53,202 bases of DNA from a virus (taxonomy: Duplodnaviria > Caudoviricetes). Made by a program: the position numbers and the translations under genes. The notes under the pieces are model-generated. The model made no database searches, had not been told where the DNA came from, and worked only from the letters and a program-made list of their open reading frames with translations. The stretch is from the IMG/VR virus record IMGVR_UViG_3300033273_000307, positions 1-53,202 of that record. One strand, 5' to 3'. The stretch's first letter is position 1; each line of letters starts with the position of its first letter. This document shows positions 1 to 6,236 of the stretch, one piece after another.

Positions 1-1
1 T

Positions 2-175
2 GAGAACTATGTCTGGCATATTATAGAGGGGTTGGATACTGATTCCCTCGTGCATATGTGTGCTGATTTGTTAGATCGTGAATACGATAGATTGACATGG
101 GACGAGATCACTGATGAGATCGTAGAATTATACGACGAAGACACTTTGATCGACCTAATCCCTGATGCAAACTAA
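2..175 (+). CDS. 3' end of small acidic hypothetical phage protein (5'-truncated by window)
   Basis: Manual translation of frame 2: ENYVWHIIEGLDTDSLVHMCADLLDREYDRLTWDEITDEIVELYDEDTLIDLIPDAN*, stop TAA at 173-175. Confidence 0.75.
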   Translation, partial: ENYVWHIIEGLDTDSLVHMCADLLDREYDRLTWDEITDEIVELYDEDTLIDLIPDAN

Positions 176-285
176 AGACAATTCAGGCATCCTCCATTGT
201 CTCACGATTCCACGTCCTGCCTGCACACCGCTGTGCAGGTTACAGGACTGCACCCTCATCGCCGCATTTTGCGCTGGGTTGCCCT

Positions 286-298
286 TATACTAGGTGCA
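286..298 (+). promoter_or_regulatory. Early sigma70-type promoter (-10 TATACT)
   Basis: TATACT at 286-291 followed by aggtgcATC; same layout as four neighbouring cassettes; -35 weak. Confidence 0.6.
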
Positions 299-315
299 TC
301 GAAACGAACCAAGCA

Positions 316-531
316 ATGACCCACGCTATCGCCGTCCAACCCGCAGCATGGGGCAAGTTCGATCCTCACGGTTGCGACTGGGCGACCGACATGAACCACG
401 CCTACCGCATCGCTAAGCAATGGGGCGAGACCTGCATGATCTGGATGTGCCCCGCCAAGGGCGAACCGATCCGCTGGTGTCGGTCCGATGCTAACACCAA
501 CGCCATCGCTGACCTGGTGTTCGGTTGCTAA
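316..531 (+). CDS. Small early hypothetical protein (71 aa, Trp/Cys-rich)
   Basis: ORF directly downstream of a -10 box and an A/C-rich leader; same strand as all neighbours. Confidence 0.75.
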   Translation: MTHAIAVQPAAWGKFDPHGCDWATDMNHAYRIAKQWGETCMIWMCPAKGEPIRWCRSDANTNAIADLVFGC

Positions 532-546
532 GGTGTCCACTATCGC

Positions 547-575
547 TTGACTTTTGCCCGATTCTGTGCCATATT
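547..575 (+). promoter_or_regulatory. Early sigma70-type promoter
   Basis: TTGACT (547-552), 17 bp spacer, CATATT (570-575); ATG at 582. Confidence 0.65.
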
Positions 576-581
576 AAGAGC

Positions 582-749
582 ATGAACAAAACCACTTCCA
601 ACCCCTACGCTCAGCAGATCCTCGCCAAGGGTCGGGACCTGCCCAAGGCACAACCCAGCACGGGTGAGGTGCCCGCTCGCTTCCGTGATCGCTTCTCCAC
701 CTACGAGGCATACGAGGAAGCGATGGCAGACTTCCTCAACGGTCTGTGA
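582..749 (+). CDS. Small early hypothetical protein (55 aa, MNKTTSNPYAQQ...)
   Basis: Start moved from 525 to ATG 582 because the upstream part of the ORF call runs through the promoter. Confidence 0.7.
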   Translation: MNKTTSNPYAQQILAKGRDLPKAQPSTGEVPARFRDRFSTYEAYEEAMADFLNGL

Positions 750-789
750 AGAGATGTAACAAAGGGGGCGATCTGCTCCCCTGACCCCT

Positions 790-802
790 TATACTAGGCA
801 CA
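790..802 (+). promoter_or_regulatory. Early sigma70-type promoter (-10 TATACT)
   Basis: TATACT at 790-795, ATG 6 nt later at 802. Confidence 0.6.
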
Positions 803-1017
803 TGACAAACAAACTTCCTTCCCACCTCCAAGACCGTTACGAGATCCGCGACGGGTTCATCATCAAGAAGGGCGAGACCGATCCCGCCATCTTCGCCGCC
901 ATGGAATCGATCAAGCGTAGCATGGCAGCAGAGACTGCTCGCCGCGATCGTATCCGTCAGGGTCTCGAACCCGCTGGCGGACAGTGGGGAGTCTGGCACA
1001 TCAGCGACCGCCACTGA
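802..1017 (+). CDS. Small early hypothetical protein (71 aa)
   Basis: ORF starts immediately after the -10 box. Confidence 0.75.
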   Translation: MTNKLPSHLQDRYEIRDGFIIKKGETDPAIFAAMESIKRSMAAETARRDRIRQGLEPAGGQWGVWHISDRH

Positions 1018-1030
1018 GCGGCGCTGCCTC

Positions 1031-1045
1031 TAGACTAACCACATC
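1031..1045 (+). promoter_or_regulatory. Early sigma70-type promoter (-10 TAGACT)
   Basis: TAGACT at 1031-1036 followed by aaccacATC and an A/C-rich leader to ATG 1064. Confidence 0.55.
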
Positions 1046-1063
1046 AACCAAACAAACCACATC

Positions 1064-1312
1064 ATGAACGGATTCGCCAACTACGAAACGTGGAACGCTG
1101 CCCTCTGGGTTGGCAATGATGAGTTCCTCTACAACACCGCTAAAGCGTGCGTTGAGTTCTGCTCTGACGACGAGACCCCATGGCAGAAGTTCGTCCGCTG
1201 CATGACTGACGGCATGGTCGGTCGCTACCTCGTCAAGACTGGCGACGGTGTGGCATGGGATGACCCCGCCATCGATGCCGACGAGATGAACGAAGTTCTG
1301 ACCGATCTCTGA
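1064..1312 (+). CDS. Conserved phage hypothetical protein (NGxxNYETWNxxLW type)
   Basis: N-terminal MNGFANYETWNAALW motif recalled from small phage proteins; acidic C-terminus. Confidence 0.8.
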   Translation: MNGFANYETWNAALWVGNDEFLYNTAKACVEFCSDDETPWQKFVRCMTDGMVGRYLVKTGDGVAWDDPAIDADEMNEVLTDL

Positions 1313-1316
1313 GGGG

Positions 1317-1345
1317 TTGACCCCCAGACCATGACCCTGTAGACT
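1317..1345 (+). promoter_or_regulatory. Early sigma70-type promoter
   Basis: TTGACC (1317-1322), 17 bp spacer, TAGACT (1340-1345); ATG at 1352. Confidence 0.75.
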
Positions 1346-1351
1346 GACAGC

Positions 1352-1522
1352 ATGACAGACAAGCAACTCAGGAAACTCGCCAAGGTGGAGGGATGGATAA
1401 AGCACCGCAACGGCGGCAAGCATGAGATATGGCGACGAGGCGACAGCGAGCAGATCACCATCCCCTACCGATGCCGTCCCTTCGTCGCCCACAACATCGC
1501 CAAGCAACTCACAGCAGCATAG
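1352..1522 (+). CDS. hicA: HicA-like (dsRBD-fold) toxin/mRNA interferase family protein, 56 aa
   Basis: Not in ORF track (<60 aa). MTDKQLRKLAKVEGWIKHRNGGKHEIWRRGDSEQITIPYRCRPFVAHNIAKQLTAA fits the HicA pattern helix-GW-x3-R-x2-G-x-H...(V/I)P...helix. Confidence 0.6.
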   Translation: MTDKQLRKLAKVEGWIKHRNGGKHEIWRRGDSEQITIPYRCRPFVAHNIAKQLTAA

Positions 1523-1531
1523 CAGACCCCG

Positions 1532-1561
1532 CCCCCTGACAGTATGTTGGGGGGTATTTTT
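1532..1561 (+). terminator. Rho-independent terminator ending the early cassette
   Basis: CCCCCTGACA-gta-TGTTGGGGGG stem followed by TATTTTT. Confidence 0.75.
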
Positions 1562-1631
1562 GTACTAAGGGTGCGCCGAGCGATTCCCAAAAACGCAAAC
1601 TACCCTAACCTACAAAAGTATCCAGACGAGC

Positions 1632-1639
1632 GATAAATA
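1632..1639 (+). promoter_or_regulatory. T4-like late promoter
   Basis: GATAAATA upstream of ORF 1685, at the shift to lower GC. Confidence 0.6.
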
Positions 1640-1684
1640 TTAATCGAGGGACCCGTATTAAAAAAATTTGCCCAGAAAAAAATT

Positions 1685-1930
1685 ATGGAAAAACCCGACT
1701 TTGAAAATTACGCCAAAATTTTAGAAAACTTTGATGCGTTTTGCGATGAGTTTGAGAGTCGAGCGTCCAATGCATTTATGAGAGGAGATCAGAACGATGG
1801 AAGAGTTACTGGAGAGGTTGAGCGAATTGGAGAGGACTGTCCTATGGCAGTCAGAGAGATTGCAGAGCCTGGACCAACAGATCTCCCAGCTCAGGCAGCC
1901 CACCTTAATGTACCATCGACCGAATTGTGA
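1685..1930 (+). CDS. Hypothetical protein (81 aa, acidic)
   Basis: First ORF after the late promoter; its 3' half overlaps the next ORF. Confidence 0.6.
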   Translation: MEKPDFENYAKILENFDAFCDEFESRASNAFMRGDQNDGRVTGEVERIGEDCPMAVREIAEPGPTDLPAQAAHLNVPSTEL

Positions 1931-2030
1931 GGAATACGAGACTGTGGCACAGACACTCGATTATCTTCACAATAATGTCGAAGGAATCAAAGGAGACCTG
2001 TCTAGGATCGCCCGTAGCGTGTCTTACTAG
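1797..2030 (+). CDS. Hypothetical coiled-coil protein (77 aa)
   Basis: AGGAG SD at ~1782-1786; heptad pattern LLERLSELERTV...LQSLDQQISQL; abuts the next gene. Confidence 0.75.
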   Translation: MEELLERLSELERTVLWQSERLQSLDQQISQLRQPTLMYHRPNCEEYETVAQTLDYLHNNVEGIKGDLSRIARSVSY

Positions 2031-2037
2031 GTAAACC

Positions 2038-3186
2038 ATGGCAGTACCTTGGATAAACATTTTAGCGCCCTCTATGGGCGGTATAGGACCGATAGAGTTG
2101 AATGATCTCAATAAGTTGCAACAACTTGACAATGGGATCCCATTTTATGCTGGAAGGTTTTATCCAAAGGACTCCCAGGCATTTATTGAGGGTTTAGAGT
2201 TTGGGTTACTTGCTCAGACACCTCCATGGTTAACATGGGAAGATATTGAAAAGACTCAGATATGGATGGTGCCTGTTTTTGAGGATGAGAGGATTATATC
2301 CACTCAAACAAGTATTGAGAGGATTGATCTATGGCCTAGGGATGAGGATGATGAGGAGGTAGGAATTCCTCCGTATGAGGCAACGCTATATGATGAAGAA
2401 ATGCAACAGAGGGGATGGGGGGAGCAAGCATTCCTTTCAGGTCCTTCTGTGGATTGTATCGATCCAGGTGTTACGATAACCCAAAACGTGGTTCCTCCAC
2501 TGTTATTTGCAGGTTACGTTGGCATATCGGAAATCAGTGGATATTTTTCAGAGTATGCATTTTATGATCAGGAGGTTATATTTGCGAATGGTGCCGAGTA
2601 TTACCAACCAGATTACTATGGGTCTGAGGAAGGTTACAAAGAGTTTTACAGACTTAGGCACGATGGTGCCTGGTTTAGTAATGACTTTGAATACAATCCA
2701 GTAGGGCGGTTAGACTTTCCAGATAACGGCGGATATCCCGCGCCACCTTTTAGGAATAATAGAGATCCTTACGAGGATTATCGTATCATGACAATTACTG
2801 ATAGAGACATTGCGGGTAGGTGGGGTAACGTTACTATAGATCAGTACACCGAATACGCCGACAATGGTTTAGGAGCGAGGTGGCCGAGGATGGGGCAATT
2901 GATCGCCCTAAAGCCGACGCGTTTGGATACTGTCATGTACACTATCAAGGTTTCATGTGTTACTGCTATTGTACCCGATACGGTCCCTGCAGATACTGCA
3001 ACGGCATTAGGTGATTTAGCAGCGGGAGCACTTGAGACGTTAGGTAGTAACCTTTCGAATAATGTGTGGTACTTCTATTTGCCTGTTAGGTACAATTGGG
3101 AGAAATTCAATGAGCGCAGTAAGTTTCTTCTAAATAGGGGAGGCATAAAGCGCCGAGAAGATCCCGAGTATGTTCCAGTAGAATAA
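2038..3186 (+). CDS. Hypothetical protein (382 aa), probably baseplate/hub associated
   Basis: Long ORF coupled (TAATG) to the PAAR-like gene. Confidence 0.8.
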   Translation: MAVPWINILAPSMGGIGPIELNDLNKLQQLDNGIPFYAGRFYPKDSQAFIEGLEFGLLAQTPPWLTWEDIEKTQIWMVPVFEDERIISTQTSIERIDLWPRDEDDEEVGIPPYEATLYDEEMQQRGWGEQAFLSGPSVDCIDPGVTITQNVVPPLLFAGYVGISEISGYFSEYAFYDQEVIFANGAEYYQPDYYGSEEGYKEFYRLRHDGAWFSNDFEYNPVGRLDFPDNGGYPAPPFRNNRDPYEDYRIMTITDRDIAGRWGNVTIDQYTEYADNGLGARWPRMGQLIALKPTRLDTVMYTIKVSCVTAIVPDTVPADTATALGDLAAGALETLGSNLSNNVWYFYLPVRYNWEKFNERSKFLLNRGGIKRREDPEYVPVE

Positions 3187-3554
3187 TGCAATTCGGATTA
3201 GCAGCACCAGGATTTTATACATCTCATGATATCCATACGCCTCTATTCTTCTCTGAGGCAGGTACTGGGTATAGTGAAAATGTAAAAATTAATGGTTTAC
3301 CTGCACATCGTATAGGAGATAAATCAGATCTACACTATTTACCAATACCACCATTTCCTGCTCACTACGAATTTATTATAGAAGGTATGGAAGGTGTATT
3401 GATCAATGGACGCCCTGCTGCCCCATCGATGGCATTCACGGGTCCTGGGGGAGGTAGAGTGTTGATGGGTAGTCATTCTGTGTATGCTAACGGCACACCT
3501 ACTCTGTTTAGTGTTGCCGACTTATCACAGTATGGTATTGACACCACGCAGTGA
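3186..3554 (+). CDS. PAAR-like spike tip protein (T4 gp5.4-like)
   Basis: Repeated motifs VKINGLPAHRIGD, VLINGRPAAP, VYANG; His residues; position upstream of gp25. Confidence 0.75.
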   Translation: MQFGLAAPGFYTSHDIHTPLFFSEAGTGYSENVKINGLPAHRIGDKSDLHYLPIPPFPAHYEFIIEGMEGVLINGRPAAPSMAFTGPGGGRVLMGSHSVYANGTPTLFSVADLSQYGIDTTQ

Positions 3555-3566
3555 TTCTTGTATAAT
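3538..3566 (+). promoter_or_regulatory. Consensus sigma70 promoter
   Basis: TTGACA (3538-3543), 17 bp spacer, TATAAT (3561-3566). Confidence 0.85.
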
Positions 3567-3590
3567 ATCAAAGTCAACCGAATTCGACTA

Positions 3591-3737
3591 ATGGCAAAAG
3601 CAAAAATTGGCATCTCTGGTGGTGTGTTCATTGAGGGCACGCCCAAGCGTACTCGCCAAGGATCTTCTAAGAACACCAAGTATGCTGCTACTTCTCGTAA
3701 CAATGCGAAGAAGAAGTATCGCGGTCAAGGACGATAA
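3591..3737 (+). CDS. Small highly basic protein (48 aa, ends KKKYRGQGR)
   Basis: Not in ORF track. MAKAKIGISGGVFIEGTPKRTRQGSSKNTKYAATSRNNAKKKYRGQGR*, lying between a perfect promoter and a terminator. Confidence 0.8.
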   Translation: MAKAKIGISGGVFIEGTPKRTRQGSSKNTKYAATSRNNAKKKYRGQGR

Positions 3738-3740
3738 ATA
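3733..3740 (+). promoter_or_regulatory. T4-like late promoter
   Basis: GATAAATA overlapping the stop codon of the 48-aa gene. Confidence 0.55.
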
Positions 3741-3754
3741 TTCTTAGAGATAGT

Positions 3755-3798
3755 AACCTCTCTAAAAGTTCTGGAAACAGACTTTAGGGAGGTTTTTT
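3755..3798 (+). terminator. Hairpin with U-tract (terminator or structured leader)
   Basis: AACCTCTCTAAAAGTTCTG-GAAA-CAGACTTTAGGGAGGTT followed by T run. Confidence 0.65.
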
Positions 3799-3799
3799 C

Positions 3800-4015
3800 A
3801 TGGGACTATTTCCAGTAGATAAAGGTGAAGAATTTATTCAAGAAGGCATGACATTAATCACCGAGACAGATAGTGACAGACTCTTAGACGCTGCTGCAAG
3901 GAAGCGTAGAGCAAAGAAGAAGGAAGAACTATACCCACTGCCCGAAGACCGTCTAGAACGCCCTTGTGGAGGCGCAGGTGGATTTGATGATTTTGTAGAG
4001 CGTTGGCACGAGTGA
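3800..4015 (+). CDS. Hypothetical protein (71 aa)
   Basis: GGAGG SD at 3788-3792; fills the gap before gp25. Confidence 0.7.
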   Translation: MGLFPVDKGEEFIQEGMTLITETDSDRLLDAAARKRRAKKKEELYPLPEDRLERPCGGAGGFDDFVERWHE

Positions 4016-4022
4016 ATAAATA
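4015..4022 (+). promoter_or_regulatory. T4-like late promoter
   Basis: AATAAATA about 25 nt upstream of the gp25 start. Confidence 0.65.
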
Positions 4023-4046
4023 GAAACAGCCTATTGCTGTGTCTAA

Positions 4047-4439
4047 ATGCCGACCTTTCAGACATTCAAGGATTTGAGTGTTACTTTTAAGAAGCATCCC
4101 GTTACCGACGATATTGTGGTAGCGAAAGATAAGGCAGCTATTACGCAATCTATCACTGCCCTTCTTCTTACAATTAAGGGTGAAAGACCATTTCAACCCA
4201 ACTTAGGGTCTGATTTGACTAGTTTGTTATTTGAACCACTTGATTATGGTACTAGTGCTTTGATTACATCTAGAATTAGAGATGTATTGAATCGCTATGA
4301 ACCACGAATCGAAGTAGATGCAATTCGTTGTATTCCTGATGAAATGAACAACGGTTATGAGGTTGAGATGACGTATAGTATTGTTGGTAGAAAAGACACA
4401 CCAGTAACTGTAGAATTCTTCTTAGAGCGTACACGATAA
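4047..4439 (+). CDS. gp25: Baseplate wedge subunit gp25
   Basis: KGERPFQPNLGS and RYEPRI motifs; directly before gp6. Confidence 0.93.
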   Translation: MPTFQTFKDLSVTFKKHPVTDDIVVAKDKAAITQSITALLLTIKGERPFQPNLGSDLTSLLFEPLDYGTSALITSRIRDVLNRYEPRIEVDAIRCIPDEMNNGYEVEMTYSIVGRKDTPVTVEFFLERTR

Positions 4440-6232
4440 TGCCTTATACTCAGGTTGCCAACTTAGACTTTGAAGATATCAAGATTGCTCTAAAGGAGTA
4501 TCTTAGATCACAATCGGATTTTACTGATTATGACTTTGATGGATCTGCGTTATCAACGCTGATCGATACCCTTGCCTATAATACGTATTATACGGCATTC
4601 AATGCCAATATGGCAGTCAATGAACTATTCCTTGAATCTGCTACGTTGAGAGACAACGTAGTATCGTTAGCGAAGCAATTAGGGTACAGACCCAAGAGTG
4701 CTACCGCTCCTACTGCGTATGTCTCTTTTACTGTCACATATGACAATCCAACAACTGACACAGAACTGGTTCTTAAGAAGGGAACAGGATTCATTGCTTC
4801 TTATGATGAGAACATCTATCAGTATGTTGTACAAGATGATGTAACAGCACAAGTAGCAAATAATACAGCAATCTTTGAGAATGTAGAGATCAAAGAAGGA
4901 TCTTTGCTAGTAAACACATTTGTTGTCAATGCTGCTAGCAAGAGTCAGAGATTTATTCTTGATAACGAAGATATCGATACCACCACTATTAGAGTAAGAG
5001 TATACCCAGGTGGCGGAAGTTTTAATGAACCATATCTATTAGCAGACAATATCCTAGGTGTTGATAGTACATCTAAGGTATTCTTCCTTGATGAGATTGA
5101 GGATGAAAGATATGAGATTCTATTAGGAGATGGTGTTCTTGGTAGAAAATTAGAGAACAACTCTCGTGTTGAAGTATCATACCTGACAACAAATGCTGCT
5201 GAAAGCAATGGGGTCAAGACATTTGTATTCAGTGGTGTTCTAGAGAACCCCAATGGTGTTACTCCACAAACAAGCGTAACTATTGATTCTAGCGTTGCTG
5301 CTTCTGGTGGAGAAGCACTAGAGAGTCTAAAGAAGATCAAGTATACCGCACCTAAAGCATTTGGTGCCCAGGACCGCGCTGTAACCGCCCAGGACTACGA
5401 AGCAATTGTTCGTAAGATGTATCCTGCCACCAGTGACATTATCATCTTTGGAGGCGAAGATCAGGAGCCACCAGAGTATGGTAAAGTATTCATTGCATTG
5501 AAACCAAAGGATGCAAGTTACTTGACATCTTTAACAAAGGGCAAGATCGTTGCTGAGTTAAAGAAGTATGTTGTTGCATCTGTAGAACCTAGGATTGTTG
5601 ATCCATCTATTCTGTTTGTTGAGTTGTCTAGTAAGATCTATTACAATGGATCTTCGACTGATCAGACGCCATCTCAAATTAGAGACAAGGTAATTGGTGC
5701 TGTACAAAACTATCTTGATAATTCTGATACAGAAAAGTTCAATGGTAAGTTTAGATACAGTAAAGCAGTTGGTGTTATTGATGATGCAGACCGTAACATC
5801 AATTCCAATTTAACAGAAGTCACAATGAGAAAAGACTTCTATCCTTCTCTCAATTCTACATTCTATTATGAGGTATGTTTCCAAAATGCGTTCGACAGTG
5901 AATGCGACGATCCTGTTCTTTCGTCTACTGCCTTTAGGGTTACTGAGTATCCTAATTTCGATGTCTATGTCGAAGACAGGGCAGGCAAAATCGTCCTATA
6001 TACAATAGATAGCGCATCTGGCGAAAAAGTTGTCCTTGACAGCGATATTGGCGATATTGATTATGTAAAAGGTGAACTGAAGATGTATGCTCTGACTATC
6101 ATCAGAGGCAGTTTCTTCGACAACCGTATTTCTGTAAGAGTCAAGCCCCTTTCAAATGATATCAAGGCAGTCCGTGAGGTCTATCTTGACGTTGACGTTG
6201 CGAATTCCTCGTTCACTGCATACAAAGAGTAA
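4439..6232 (+). CDS. gp6: Baseplate wedge subunit gp6
   Basis: LDFEDIK...FTDYDFDGSALS...NELFLESATLR and QDRAVTAQDY motifs. Confidence 0.95.
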   Translation: MPYTQVANLDFEDIKIALKEYLRSQSDFTDYDFDGSALSTLIDTLAYNTYYTAFNANMAVNELFLESATLRDNVVSLAKQLGYRPKSATAPTAYVSFTVTYDNPTTDTELVLKKGTGFIASYDENIYQYVVQDDVTAQVANNTAIFENVEIKEGSLLVNTFVVNAASKSQRFILDNEDIDTTTIRVRVYPGGGSFNEPYLLADNILGVDSTSKVFFLDEIEDERYEILLGDGVLGRKLENNSRVEVSYLTTNAAESNGVKTFVFSGVLENPNGVTPQTSVTIDSSVAASGGEALESLKKIKYTAPKAFGAQDRAVTAQDYEAIVRKMYPATSDIIIFGGEDQEPPEYGKVFIALKPKDASYLTSLTKGKIVAELKKYVVASVEPRIVDPSILFVELSSKIYYNGSSTDQTPSQIRDKVIGAVQNYLDNSDTEKFNGKFRYSKAVGVIDDADRNINSNLTEVTMRKDFYPSLNSTFYYEVCFQNAFDSECDDPVLSSTAFRVTEYPNFDVYVEDRAGKIVLYTIDSASGEKVVLDSDIGDIDYVKGELKMYALTIIRGSFFDNRISVRVKPLSNDIKAVREVYLDVDVANSSFTAYKE

Positions 6233-6236
6233 GTAA

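Noticed and set aside
256-1507. Minus-strand ORFs 256-540, 736-1014, 1001-1507 and 1225-1461
   Set aside because: Antisense shadows of GC-rich + strand genes that have their own promoters and terminator; no recognisable motifs
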